Below are positions 20,401 to 29,822 of a DNA stretch of 64,000 nucleotides, piece by piece (the first letter of the stretch is position 1; each line of letters opens with the position of its first letter). Position numbers and translations under genes: made by a program. Under the pieces are notes generated by a model. It did not search any database. It was not told where the DNA came from and worked only from the letters and a program-made list of their open reading frames with translations. The DNA is from Ignavibacteriota bacterium. GTDB taxonomy: Bacteria > Bacteroidota > Ignavibacteria > UBA10030 > BY39. The DNA is taken from contig QOQV01000004.1 in assembly GCA_003327435.1 (NCBI GenBank), positions 130,467 to 194,466 on the forward strand, in the 5' to 3' direction.

Positions 20401-20601
20401 AAGATCCTTAAGTGTTCTACTCATCACATGATGTATACCTGGCCTGCCATTTGCAGTTGGTGGACCTTCGTAGAATGTAAAACTTGGTTTACCTTCTCTT
20501 GAAGATATACTTTTTTCAAATATCTTATTATCCTGCCAGAATTTTAAGATTTGTTTTTCTAATTCCGAATAATTTATTTTATCAGTGAGTTCTTTGAACA
20601 T
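17428..20601 (-). CDS. ileS: isoleucine--tRNA ligase
   Basis: 1057 aa. Class I HIGH-region variant PPTANGRPGIHHV. KMSKS motif KMSKSRGN. C-terminal zinc-binding cysteines. Confidence 0.95.
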   Translation of the reverse strand: MFKELTDKINYSELEKQILKFWQDNKIFEKSISSREGKPSFTFYEGPPTANGRPGIHHVMSRTLKDLVCRYKTMRGFQVNRKAGWDTHGLPVEIEVEKSLGFKHKEDIIKYGVEAFNAECKKSVWKYKSDWEELTSRMGYWVNLDEPYITFENYYIESIWWALKQFYEKDMIYKGYKIQPYCPRCETPLSSHEVSLGYEDVKDPSIYVKMKVKGEKNTYFLVWTTTPWTLISNVALAVHPDVEYVKVENQGEKLILAKPRLSVLEGEYVVVDNFIGKELVGKEYIPLFNYVPVKEKSYYVIEADFVTTEDGTGIVHIAPAYGEDDYQVGRKYLLPTIHPVNRSGEFNDEIRDYAGKFVKEADPLIINDLKFKGILYKKETITHSYPHCWRCKTPLLYYARESWYISTTKYARRMIELNKQINWVPAEVGTGRFGNWLEENKDWALSRDRFWGTPLPIWICECGEQKCVGSIEELSQGKILTNREKLENINLSQIDLHKPFVDKVVFECSKCGKRMYRTPELIDVWFDSGAMPFAQWHYPFENREIFLSHHPADFICEGIDQTRGWFYSLHAISTFLFDKPAFKNLLVNELILDKEGQKMSKSRGNTVDPFLIIENYGADTTRWYLVVTSPPWKPTLFNEEGLQEVQRKFFGTLINTYSFFALYANIDNFNYSEPDIPLNERPEIDRWIISSLNSLIVKYYQAMDEYDVTKAARMISDFTIDQLSNWYVRRNRRRFWKSELGKDKTAAYQTLYQCLITISKLLAPFAPFIAEEIFRNLNSVTKLENVESVHLAYSPEPDLSAVDEKLEERMSIAQRIVYLVRAIRTKANLKVRQPLRRIIIPIRNEEFKSTIELMRDVILDEINVKQIEYVSSDSDIVHKRLKPNFKSIGPKFGKFVQPIANIIKSLKLEDINKLEQAGELNISINGNEFKINKDDVEIVHEDIKGWLVESDNEIIVALDTELTQELIDEGYAREFVNRVQNMRRDFGFDVTDRIKIFYDCSEKLHLAIGNTRKYISTETLAESIEFKIPDCKNIKEWDINGEKCIIGIERFYHQKEN

Positions 20602-20603
20602 AT

Positions 20604-21434
20604 TTAAATCTTTTTAATTACCTCTTTCATTATCTTTCTGAGTTTGGGTTCGGTTTTATTTGCGACAGCAATGATTTCTTCTACTGAAGCGGGTTTTAAT
20701 GCATCTGGGAAACATTCATCAGTTATAATAGAAAAGCCCAGAACTTTTAACCCCATATGGTTTGCTACGATATTTTCAGGTACGGTGGACATCCCAACTG
20801 CATCAGCACCTATGCTACGCAAGAATCTGTATTCAGCACGAGTTTCAAGATTTGGACCCGGTACTGCTACAAAAACACCCCTTTGTAGTTTTATTTTTAA
20901 ATTCAGTGCTACTTCTTCAGATAATTCTATTAACTTTTTTGAGTATGGTTCAGACATATCAGGAAATCGTGGACCGAGCGAATCATCATTCTTGCCGATT
21001 AAGGGATTATCACCTAAAAGGTTAATATGATCAGTTATGACCATAATATCACCACGCCTGAAATGAGGATTCATACCACCAGCAGCGTTTGATATCAGAA
21101 GTGTATCAACACCTAAGAACTTCATCACTCTCACCGGAAAAGTAATTTGCTGCATTGTATAACCCTCATAATAGTGGAATCGCCCCTGCATGGCTACAAC
21201 ATTTTTACCGCTTAATTTCCCAAATATAAGTTTGCCATGATGCGATTCAACAGTGGAAACAGGAAAATGAGGAATGTTTTCATAATCAAGAACGACTTCC
21301 TTAGCGATTTCTTTTGCAAGTCCACCAAGCCCTGTTCCAAGAATTATTCCAATTCTTGGTTGCATCTTTGTGTATCTACGGATAAAGTTGATTGCTTCTT
21401 TAATTTGAGCTCTTAATTCCATATTAATCTTCAT
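20604..21434 (-). CDS. purine nucleoside phosphorylase (PNP/MTAP family)
   Basis: [14 protein letters not shown] phosphate-binding loop. 276 aa; family-2 PNP-like pattern. Confidence 0.8.
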   Translation of the reverse strand: MKINMELRAQIKEAINFIRRYTKMQPRIGIILGTGLGGLAKEIAKEVVLDYENIPHFPVSTVESHHGKLIFGKLSGKNVVAMQGRFHYYEGYTMQQITFPVRVMKFLGVDTLLISNAAGGMNPHFRRGDIMVITDHINLLGDNPLIGKNDDSLGPRFPDMSEPYSKKLIELSEEVALNLKIKLQRGVFVAVPGPNLETRAEYRFLRSIGADAVGMSTVPENIVANHMGLKVLGFSIITDECFPDALKPASVEEIIAVANKTEPKLRKIMKEVIKKI

Positions 21435-21966
21435 TATTTATATTTTTAACAATATCATCAATTTCCGAATTTTCTTTTTCTAAATCTTTTTCATTATTTT
21501 GTGTTAGAATAATTTCTTCATCAACTTCGAGTGCTTTAATAAGTTCAAGTTCTGAATTCAATAATAATTTCAGCCTGCCTGCCAGTGTATTCTTCTTTGC
21601 CTTTAGTATTTCAATTTCTTCTTTAAGTCGAGTATGTTCACTTCTGGCTTTATCTAAAATCTGAGCAGCTTTTAGTTCTGCATCCTGAATTATTAATTGT
21701 CCCTCTTTCTTAGCATTCTCTATAGATTTTGCACTCACATCCTGAGCTTGCATAAGTGTTGCCTGCAAAGTTTTTTCCATAGATTTATAATCCTGAAGTT
21801 GTGTTTGAACTTCAGTCAATTTGTGTTGTAACTCTTTATTACTCCGCTGGAGTTCATCCAATTCTTCTGCGATCATACTCAGGAATGTATCAACTTCAAC
21901 AGGATCATACCCACGCATAACTTTTTTAAACTCCTGTTTTTTCAGATCAATTGATGTAAGTTTCAT
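21424..21966 (-). CDS. divIVA: DivIVA-domain cell-division protein
   Basis: N-terminus [29 protein letters not shown] is the DivIVA signature, followed by coiled coil. Confidence 0.8.
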   Translation of the reverse strand: MKLTSIDLKKQEFKKVMRGYDPVEVDTFLSMIAEELDELQRSNKELQHKLTEVQTQLQDYKSMEKTLQATLMQAQDVSAKSIENAKKEGQLIIQDAELKAAQILDKARSEHTRLKEEIEILKAKKNTLAGRLKLLLNSELELIKALEVDEEIILTQNNEKDLEKENSEIDDIVKNINNED

Positions 21967-21980
21967 TTTTCCCCACCTTA

Positions 21981-22670
21981 TTAATTATTTTTATTAATTC
22001 TAGTTCCAAATATTGCACTACCGATGCGTAATATTGTTGCACCTTCCTGAATCGCCACAGGAAAATCGTTGGACATACCCATAGAGAGGTGTTCAAGATG
22101 ATATCCTTTGCATCTTATCTCGTCTCTCAATTCTCTAAGAAGCCGGAACTCATTTCTTGACTCTTCAGGGTCTTCCGAGAATTTTCCTATCGTCATCAAT
22201 CCGATAAGGTTTAGATTTTTTAGTTTCATTATTGCATCCACCGCATTCAATACATCATCTGGAGGGAAACCATATTTAGTGGTTTCACCTGAAGTATTTA
22301 CTTCCAGTAAAACATTTTGAATAACATTATGTCTCAAGCAAAATTCTGAAATTTCCCTGGCAATTTTAAGAGAATCTACAGAATGAATCAGGTCGACCTG
22401 TCCAGCTATATATTTAACCTTGTTTGATTGAAGGTGCCCGATAAAGTGCCAGTGTATTGGAAATTCATTTAATTCTTTTTTTTTCTCTAAAAATTCCTGA
22501 GCATAATTCTCAGCAAAATCTATCAGACCAGCTTGATATGCTTCATATATCATTTGACTGCTGAAGGTTTTTGCAACTGCAACTATCTTAATTTCTTCAG
22601 GATTCCTATCAATCTTTTCACAAACTTCTTTAATTTTTTGTTGTACTCTTTTGATATTTTCAGCAATCAT
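21981..22670 (-). CDS. yggS: YggS-family pyridoxal-phosphate homeostasis protein
   Basis: 229 aa alanine-racemase-N-like TIM barrel, with PLP lysine in IVAVAKTF. Confidence 0.8.
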   Translation of the reverse strand: MIAENIKRVQQKIKEVCEKIDRNPEEIKIVAVAKTFSSQMIYEAYQAGLIDFAENYAQEFLEKKKELNEFPIHWHFIGHLQSNKVKYIAGQVDLIHSVDSLKIAREISEFCLRHNVIQNVLLEVNTSGETTKYGFPPDDVLNAVDAIMKLKNLNLIGLMTIGKFSEDPEESRNEFRLLRELRDEIRCKGYHLEHLSMGMSNDFPVAIQEGATILRIGSAIFGTRINKNN

Positions 22671-22796
22671 ACATTAATTGGATATTAAATATAAGCCATT
22701 TTGCAAATAAAAACAAAAAGGTAAAATTTATTAATTATCCACAATAATTAGTAAAAATTTATAAACTTGAAAAAAAATCGTATATTTATAACTAAA

Positions 22797-23498
22797 ATGT
22801 ACACGAAATTAGAAGATATAAATCAAAACATACTTGATTGCAGAAAATGCAGTCGAATTTTAAACTGGATTAAAATTATTTCACAAACCAAAACCCGAAG
22901 GTATAAAGGCCAAACTTACTGGGCTAAACCCGTCCCAAGTTTTGGTGATCCAGAAGCAGAACTGCTGATTGTCGGTCTTGCCCCAGCAGCACACGGTGCT
23001 AATAGAACAGGTAGAATGTTTACTGGAGACCGTAGTGGGATGTGGCTATATAAAGCTCTATACAACTTTGGATTCTCAAACAAACCTGAATCAATCGGTG
23101 TTTCAGATGGTTTACAATTATCCAATTGCTGGATTACGGCTGCAATCCATTGTGCACCTCCATCCAATAAACCCAACAAAGAAGAAATTTTAAATTGTAA
23201 CGAATATCTCCTGAACGAAATATTGTTACTTGAAAATTTAAAAATTATTTTAGCTCTTGGCAAAATCGCATTTGATGCAACCTTATTTGCCATACAAGAA
23301 GCTAATTGGGTAAAAGAAACAAAGACCTATAAGTTCTCGCATGGTGCAATGTATAATTTAACCAATGGGAAATACCTGTTAGCATCATACCATCCAAGTC
23401 AACAAAACACATTTACCGGAAAACTTACACAAAAGATGTTTGATAAAATTTTTTCTACTATAACCGACATATTGAATAAGGAAGACAAGAATGGATAA
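22797..23498 (+). CDS. uracil-DNA glycosylase superfamily protein (family 4/5 type)
   Basis: GDPEAELLIVGLAPAAHGANRTGRMFTGDRSG motif. Start moved to ATG 22797; the ORF track begins at TTG 22767. Confidence 0.7.
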   Translation: MYTKLEDINQNILDCRKCSRILNWIKIISQTKTRRYKGQTYWAKPVPSFGDPEAELLIVGLAPAAHGANRTGRMFTGDRSGMWLYKALYNFGFSNKPESIGVSDGLQLSNCWITAAIHCAPPSNKPNKEEILNCNEYLLNEILLLENLKIILALGKIAFDATLFAIQEANWVKETKTYKFSHGAMYNLTNGKYLLASYHPSQQNTFTGKLTQKMFDKIFSTITDILNKEDKNG

Positions 23499-24258
23499 GG
23501 AATTTTTAAACAAAACTTTCATTATTACTGGTGCATCGAGCGGAATAGGAAAAGCAACTGTTGAACTTGCACTTCAGCGTGGTGCAAATGTCGCAGCCAC
23601 TGGGAGAAATATAGAGGAACTAAAAAAACTGCACCAGAAATACAACAATAAAAATCTCGAGATAATCGCAGCAAACATCACCATAGAAGCAGATAGAAAA
23701 ACGATTGTTGAAAAATGTATAAACAAATTCGGTGAAATTGATGTGCTTGTAAATGCAGCTGGGATTATTGGCAGTGGGTCTATTGAAAATACAACTCTTG
23801 AACAATGGGATTACATGATGGATGTTAATCTTAGATCCACATTTCGCTTAATTCAAATTGCTCTTCCATATTTAATTAAAAGAAAAGGTAACATTGTAAA
23901 TGTTTCGAGCATAACTGGAATCAGAGCATTTCCCAATGTTTTAGCATATTGTGTAAGTAAAGCGGGCATTGATCAGCTTACACATTGTGCTGCACTTGAA
24001 CTGGCTCCTAAAGGTGTAAGAATTAATTCAGTCAATCCGGGTGTTGTTGTAACAAACTTACACAAAGCGAGCGGAATGAGTGAAGAAACATATAATGCTT
24101 TCCTTGAGCATAGTAAAACGACGCATCCCTTAGGAAGAGTAGGAACAGCAGAAGAAGTTGCCGAGTTGATACTTTTTCTTGCTTCCGAAAAAGCAGCATG
24201 GATTACCGGTGTAAGTTATAGCATAGATGGTGGAAGAGCGCAAACCTGCTTGAGATAA
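23491..24258 (+). CDS. SDR-family oxidoreductase
   Basis: TGASSGIGKAT Rossmann motif; catalytic YCVSKAG (YxxxK). Confidence 0.85.
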   Translation: MDKEFLNKTFIITGASSGIGKATVELALQRGANVAATGRNIEELKKLHQKYNNKNLEIIAANITIEADRKTIVEKCINKFGEIDVLVNAAGIIGSGSIENTTLEQWDYMMDVNLRSTFRLIQIALPYLIKRKGNIVNVSSITGIRAFPNVLAYCVSKAGIDQLTHCAALELAPKGVRINSVNPGVVVTNLHKASGMSEETYNAFLEHSKTTHPLGRVGTAEEVAELILFLASEKAAWITGVSYSIDGGRAQTCLR

Positions 24259-24270
24259 ACTGGAGAAAAA

Positions 24271-25461
24271 ATGAAAAACAAAAAAATCGAAACTAAAATA
24301 ATTCATGGTGACAAATTATATCCTTATACTGGACCTGTAGTTTTCCCAATATATCAAACCAGCAATTTTAGATTTAAAAACTCTACCATTGCAACCCGAT
24401 ATGCTCAGGGAGATGAATCTGTCTATGTCTACTCGCGTATGCACAATCCAACAGTCAATCAGCTTGAGCAGAAATTTTCGGAAATTTACTGCAAAAAAGC
24501 CATTCTCTTTTGTTCAGGAATGGCAGCAATCAGTACAACAATATTTGCACTATGTAAATCTAACGAAGAAATATTAACAATCCCGAACCTATACGGTGGA
24601 ACATACCATTACTTTAATGAGGTACTACCAAATTTTAATATTAATATTAAAACATTTGATCCGAATTCTCTGGAAGATTTATTTTATTTAATTACCCCAC
24701 AAACACGAATCATTTACTTTGAAACTCCAACAAATCCAACTCTCGGTATTGTGGATATTCAAAAACTCGTTAAAATAACAAGAAAATTAGAGACAGAATA
24801 CAAAACAAGCATTTTCGTAATTCTGGATAATACATTCGCCACAATCATAAACCAGAATCCTTTTAAATTCGGTGTAGATATAGTTATTGAAAGTACAACG
24901 AAATACTTAGGTGGCCATTCCGATTTGCTTGGTGGGTTAGTAGTGAGTTCAAACAACATAATAAAAAAAATCAAAAATCTCAGGAAATATACTGGTAGTA
25001 TAATGGAGCCATTCACTTCATATTTACTTGATCGAAGCTTGAAAACATTTTTACTGAGAGTAAAACAACAGAACCAAAATGCATTTGCACTGGCAAAAAC
25101 TTTAGAGAAACACAAGAATATAAGACGAGTACTGTATCCAGGTTTAAAATCTCACCCTCATCACAAACTTGCAAGAAAACAAATGAGTGATTTCGGTGGT
25201 ATGTTAACAATTGAGGTCGTTGGTGGATTAAAAAATGCAATAAGATTTTGTGATAATTTAAAAGTAGCAGTTAACGCAATGTCGCTTGGAGGTGCCGAAA
25301 CTACCGTAAGTATCCCTGTACTTTCATCACATATTGGACTAACAAAAAGTGAATTGGCACAACAGGGTGTGACAGAAGGTATGGTCCGAATATCAACTGG
25401 TATTGAAAACAAAGATGATTTAATACAGGATTTTTATCAATCACTAAACAAATTGAAATAG
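24271..25461 (+). CDS. Cys/Met-metabolism PLP-dependent enzyme (cystathionine gamma-synthase / gamma-lyase family)
   Basis: 396 aa; PLP-lysine region ESTTKYLGGHSDLLGG; SGMAAIS motif. Confidence 0.75.
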   Translation: MKNKKIETKIIHGDKLYPYTGPVVFPIYQTSNFRFKNSTIATRYAQGDESVYVYSRMHNPTVNQLEQKFSEIYCKKAILFCSGMAAISTTIFALCKSNEEILTIPNLYGGTYHYFNEVLPNFNINIKTFDPNSLEDLFYLITPQTRIIYFETPTNPTLGIVDIQKLVKITRKLETEYKTSIFVILDNTFATIINQNPFKFGVDIVIESTTKYLGGHSDLLGGLVVSSNNIIKKIKNLRKYTGSIMEPFTSYLLDRSLKTFLLRVKQQNQNAFALAKTLEKHKNIRRVLYPGLKSHPHHKLARKQMSDFGGMLTIEVVGGLKNAIRFCDNLKVAVNAMSLGGAETTVSIPVLSSHIGLTKSELAQQGVTEGMVRISTGIENKDDLIQDFYQSLNKLK

Positions 25462-25465
25462 GTAA

Positions 25466-25798
25466 ATGTTAACAATAATTCTTCTTACAATCTCAAATAT
25501 TTTTATGACCTTTGCATGGTATGGACATCTAAAATACAAAAACCAATCATTAATTGTTGTAATATTGGCTTCATGGTTCATAGCATTATTCGAGTATATG
25601 TTTCAAGTACCAGCCAATAGAATTGGTTATGGAAAATTTACAGCTACACAACTTAAGATAATACAGGAGGTTATTTCAGTTACAATCTTTATTGTTTTTG
25701 CTCTCTTCTATTTAAAAGAAGTACCAAGATGGAATTATATTGTTTCGTTTCTTTTCATACTGGGAGCTGTCTATTTTGCTGTTGGTTTCAAACAATAA
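25466..25798 (+). CDS. small DMT-superfamily membrane protein (DUF486-like)
   Basis: 110 aa with four hydrophobic helices. Confidence 0.5.
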   Translation: MLTIILLTISNIFMTFAWYGHLKYKNQSLIVVILASWFIALFEYMFQVPANRIGYGKFTATQLKIIQEVISVTIFIVFALFYLKEVPRWNYIVSFLFILGAVYFAVGFKQ

Positions 25799-25804
25799 AA
25801 TTCA

Positions 25805-26473
25805 ATGCCAAAAAAGAAAAACATACCCAAAATCGAAGATGAGCAAATCATCAATTTAAAGCTTAAAGAACTCAAACTCGCTTCTGATAAAATCGAATCA
25901 AGAAAAGAAGATATCGCCCTTGTGAATCAAGCTTTACGGGGTAATCAGGCAGCTTACGAAAAATTAATGAAAAAATACAAATCAACAATTTCATTTGTAC
26001 TACTAAGAATAATTCAGGACAAAAATGAAGTTGAAGATATCGTACAGGAAGTCTTCATCAATACTTTTAAATCTTTGAAAACTTATAAAAAACAATACTC
26101 TTTTTTCTCATGGATATATAAGATTGCAATGAATAAAGGTATAGATTATCTTAGAAAAAAGAAGCTCCAAACATTCTCGATTGATAAACCTATAAAAACA
26201 AAAGATGGGGATTTGCATTTCGAATTACCTGATTCAACTTATGAACCTGATAAGCAGTTGATTGCAAGTGAACGCGCAGCATTGGTTCATTGGGCTATAG
26301 AGCAACTACCAGCCAAATATAAAAAAGTAATCATAATGAGACACCAGGAGGAAAAGGATTATGCAGAAATTGCTAAGGAACTAAAACTTCCCATCGGAAC
26401 TGTGAAGGTGCATATCTTCAGAGCTCGTGAATTATTGAATAAATATCTGAAAAACCGTATTCGCCATTACTGA
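25805..26473 (+). CDS. RNA polymerase sigma-70 factor, ECF-like
   Basis: Region 2 (IVQEVFINTFK...YSFFSWIYKIAMNKGIDYLRK) and region 4 (YAEIAKELKLPIGTVKVHIFRAR HTH). Confidence 0.7.
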   Translation: MPKKKNIPKIEDEQIINLKLKELKLASDKIESRKEDIALVNQALRGNQAAYEKLMKKYKSTISFVLLRIIQDKNEVEDIVQEVFINTFKSLKTYKKQYSFFSWIYKIAMNKGIDYLRKKKLQTFSIDKPIKTKDGDLHFELPDSTYEPDKQLIASERAALVHWAIEQLPAKYKKVIIMRHQEEKDYAEIAKELKLPIGTVKVHIFRARELLNKYLKNRIRHY

Positions 26474-26509
26474 AACTTAATTTGCCAATAATCGTAAACC
26501 TCAGATGAA

Positions 26510-27376
26510 ATGATGACTTACTTAAAAAAATATTGCTTTTTACTGCTGATTTTAGTGTATTTAGCATACTCAAATGATCCGCTTTCAGAGGAAAAAAGGT
26601 ATTCCAAATCTATTTCGCTACAAAACGAGAGAGAATTAAAGGTGAACATAGAAATTGGTTTTAGCAAACTCGTTATCGGAAGCGGTGAATTCGATAATGT
26701 CCTGAGTTACGATATAGTGCGAAAAGAAAAGGCTGATAATCCAGAAAAAGGGATCCGTTATAAAATTGTTGACGGAATCGGTTATCTCGAAATCAAAAGC
26801 GGGGAGAATAGTTCTATAAAGTTTGGTGATGTTAAATCTGATAAATGGATCTTAAATTTTACTGATAAAATTCCGATTTCATTTGATATTGAGATTGGCG
26901 CGGGAAAAGGAACATTAGATTTTACAAATCTAAAAGTAAAAGATTTAAACATATCTGCGGGAGCAGGAACAGTTAATTTAATGTTCAACAAACCAAACTC
27001 ACAAGTAATAGAAAACATAAACATAGAATCTGGCGTAAGCAAGTTTAGAGCTTATAATCTATCAAATGCAAATTTCAATTATTTAAAATTTAGTGGTGGA
27101 CTTGGAAGTTATGAATTAGATTTTAGTGGTCAACTACAAAAAGAAGTGGATGTAGATATTGAGATTGGATTGGGAGCAATTACTATTTCGATTCCTAGAT
27201 ACATAGGTGCCAAAGTTTCTAGAGAAGAGAACTGGTTTTCAAGCTTTGATATTGATGACGAATTTGAGGGCGACAAATCTGAATTTACAACACCAAATTA
27301 CTATGATGTAAATGGAAAGTTAAACTTAAGAATTAAATCCGGAATTGGATCAGTAAAAGTCAAAAGACTGAAGTAA
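26510..27376 (+). CDS. secreted repetitive beta-structure protein, DUF4097-like (putative adhesin / sigma-factor partner)
   Basis: Signal peptide. Repeated Gly-rich beta-strand units (GAGKGTLDF, SAGAGTVNLMF, SGGLGSYELDF, IGLGAITIS). Located directly downstream of the sigma factor. Confidence 0.45.
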   Translation: MMTYLKKYCFLLLILVYLAYSNDPLSEEKRYSKSISLQNERELKVNIEIGFSKLVIGSGEFDNVLSYDIVRKEKADNPEKGIRYKIVDGIGYLEIKSGENSSIKFGDVKSDKWILNFTDKIPISFDIEIGAGKGTLDFTNLKVKDLNISAGAGTVNLMFNKPNSQVIENINIESGVSKFRAYNLSNANFNYLKFSGGLGSYELDFSGQLQKEVDVDIEIGLGAITISIPRYIGAKVSREENWFSSFDIDDEFEGDKSEFTTPNYYDVNGKLNLRIKSGIGSVKVKRLK

Positions 27377-27395
27377 TAACTCCTCCTTGATGCAC

Positions 27396-27430
27396 GCCCG
27401 CTTCATATGAAAATGAAGCGGGCTTTTTAT
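27396..27430. terminator. bidirectional rho-independent terminator between convergent genes
   Basis: Stem GCCCGCTTCAT / ATGAAGCGGGC with loop ATGAAA, followed by TTTTTATTTTT. It lies between the 27376 (+) and 27433 (-) stop codons. Confidence 0.85.
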
Positions 27431-27432
27431 TT

Positions 27433-28335
27433 TTAAATTGCTATTCCAAGTCCTAGAACCGCAACAGGCTGTTTTGCCAGATTATATTCAGCATTTAAAT
27501 TAAATATTAACCACTTTAAGCTAACACCTGCAGTTAACCTGAAAGAATTATCACCATCAATTTTAAATTTTAAATCTCTTGAGATACTTGACGTTGGCGT
27601 CCAAGTGTATTTAAATTCCATTGAAGAAAATTCATAAGCTAAACCTCCATAGATAGTAGCAAACAAAAAGGTCTTGCTGACTTCCGTACCTATACTTAAT
27701 GCACTTGCATCCAGCACTGGTTTAATTTTAAAAGCTTGATACATTGCATGTGCTGACCAGTCAAAAGGTAAAACTGGTAACCACTGATCAATACTATGTT
27801 GAACACCCACTCCAATAAACGATATCTCTCCCCAATCACCCAATTTTACATATGGAAAATATCTTAAAATTGCTCTTGTCCCAAAAATATTTCCTATCGA
27901 AACCTGAGGAACTATAAACGGCACAACTTTCATATTCACACCATCTGGAAATTTAAAAGTGTCAGGATTTACTCCACCTGATATTGCTAATGCTCCATCT
28001 TTCCCTAAAATTGTTGCTGTTTTAATGGGAGTTGGATAAGGTGCAAGAGGATATGGTCGGAGTTCATTTAATTCCGTCATATCAGCATCAAACTCCTGTG
28101 CACTTGAAGGTATTAATGCAAATAAAAATCTTGCTCCAACATAAACATCCAACCCTGTTGAAACATCAGCTGAGTGAAATAATCCAGAATTTAAATTAGC
28201 TCCAAATGCATTAACAAAAGGTTTGATGTAACTCTTTCCATTAACCTCACCAAATTTTTGTAATCGTTCTTCAAGCGTTTGGGATTGCAATATGTTTACA
28301 GCAAAAAATAAAATAAATATTAACGCCTTTCTCAT
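27433..28335 (-). CDS. outer-membrane beta-barrel protein, unknown function
   Basis: Signal peptide MRKALIFILFFAVNILQSQT; ends with an aromatic residue. Start set at ATG 28335, which is preceded by AGGAG. Confidence 0.5.
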   Translation of the reverse strand: MRKALIFILFFAVNILQSQTLEERLQKFGEVNGKSYIKPFVNAFGANLNSGLFHSADVSTGLDVYVGARFLFALIPSSAQEFDADMTELNELRPYPLAPYPTPIKTATILGKDGALAISGGVNPDTFKFPDGVNMKVVPFIVPQVSIGNIFGTRAILRYFPYVKLGDWGEISFIGVGVQHSIDQWLPVLPFDWSAHAMYQAFKIKPVLDASALSIGTEVSKTFLFATIYGGLAYEFSSMEFKYTWTPTSSISRDLKFKIDGDNSFRLTAGVSLKWLIFNLNAEYNLAKQPVAVLGLGIAI

Positions 28336-28355
28336 ATTGAACTCCTGATTTATTT

Positions 28356-29114
28356 TCACATATTTAATAAATAATTGTTTATACTTTTGGGTGAATTGGT
28401 AATTATACCATCAACTTTTAAATTCAGCATAGTTTTTAAATGCAGTCGGTTATTTATGTTATAAACAAAAAAGTATAATTTTTCCTGGTGTACTTTTTTT
28501 ACTAATTCTTCTTTAAGATAATTTTTGCTCATAATAACAAAATCAGCATAATTTGATTTTGCTAATTTCACAACATTTTTCCCGAAATGAATCATTGGAC
28601 TGTAAAGTATGCCCGTAGAAATTCTCTCATCCAGTAACTTTACTTTTTTTACAATTGAATGATCAAATGATGAAATAAGAACAGAGTTTTGGAGAGAATA
28701 TTTTTGTACGAGACCAACACATTTTTGGACCATAATGTTTGGGTATCTGAGCTTTGGTTTAATTTCGATATTTATACCGGCTTTTTTTCTTACAAGTTTA
28801 AATACTTCTTCTAAGGTTGGAACTCTTTCAGAAGAAAATTTTGAATTAAACCAGGAACCAGCATCCAATTTTTTTATGTCTGCAAGATAAGCATCTTCCA
28901 CATTTCCATAACCATCTGTGGTGCGGTTTAATTTTGAATCATGAATAACAACAATTTCCTTGTCTCTTGTAAGTCGGACATCAAGTTCGATTGCATCTGC
29001 ACCTTCTTTTAAAGCTTTCTGGAATGCAGTTAGAGTATTCTCTGGTGCTAACTCCGAGGAGCCTCTATGAGCAATAATAACAGGTAGTTCAGTAAGTTTT
29101 CTCCAGGAAAACAA
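28356..29114 (-). CDS. ugpQ: glycerophosphodiester phosphodiesterase
   Basis: IIAHRGSSELAPENT ... ELDVRLTRDKEIVVIHD is the GDPD signature. Confidence 0.8.
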   Translation of the reverse strand: MFSWRKLTELPVIIAHRGSSELAPENTLTAFQKALKEGADAIELDVRLTRDKEIVVIHDSKLNRTTDGYGNVEDAYLADIKKLDAGSWFNSKFSSERVPTLEEVFKLVRKKAGINIEIKPKLRYPNIMVQKCVGLVQKYSLQNSVLISSFDHSIVKKVKLLDERISTGILYSPMIHFGKNVVKLAKSNYADFVIMSKNYLKEELVKKVHQEKLYFFVYNINNRLHLKTMLNLKVDGIITNSPKSINNYLLNM

Positions 29115-29116
29115 TT

Positions 29117-29758
29117 TTAACTCTCCAAAATTTTATTTATCCGTTCTGATACTTCATTTACAGAACCAGAGCCATCCACTACAAATAGTAGGTTTTGTTG
29201 CTGATAATATTTTTTAACAGGTTCAGTTGAATCACGATATACATTCATTCTATTCAAAATAGTTTCGGGTTTATCATCATCCCTTTTAATTAATTCACCA
29301 CCACAAGACGGGCACTTCATATCAACAACATTATCAATCATTTTATTTACAATTTTACCACAACTTTTACAACTATATCTGTTCTCAAGTCGTTTTACAA
29401 TTTGTTCTTCATCTACATCAATATAGATTACAAAATCAATTTTATTATTTAATTCCTCAAACAGCTTTCCTAAAGCAATCGCTTGAGCAACAGTTCTGGG
29501 AAACCCATCCAGTATAACACCTTTTTTAATTTCATCAGACTGAATTGTTTTTTTTATGATTTCTATCATTATATCATCGGAAACAAGTTTCCCTGCTTCC
29601 AGAATTGACTTAATCCTATTTCCAAGTTCAGTATTTTTTTGAACTTCGGCTCGAAGAATATCTCCAGTGGATATATGTTTTAGATTAAATCTTTCTACAA
29701 GCAATTTAGCCTGGGTACCTTTACCAACACCAGGTGGTCCAAATAATATTATATTCAT
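29117..29758 (-). CDS. adk: adenylate kinase (zinc-lid type)
   Basis: P-loop GPPGVGKGTQA; lid cysteines CKSCGK...CPSCGG. Confidence 0.9.
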   Translation of the reverse strand: MNIILFGPPGVGKGTQAKLLVERFNLKHISTGDILRAEVQKNTELGNRIKSILEAGKLVSDDIMIEIIKKTIQSDEIKKGVILDGFPRTVAQAIALGKLFEELNNKIDFVIYIDVDEEQIVKRLENRYSCKSCGKIVNKMIDNVVDMKCPSCGGELIKRDDDKPETILNRMNVYRDSTEPVKKYYQQQNLLFVVDGSGSVNEVSERINKILES

Positions 29759-29822
29759 AAACTTTTCTTTATTTGAACTAACATTAAATTAATTTCGTGA
29801 GTCAATATAGAAAATATTTTTA

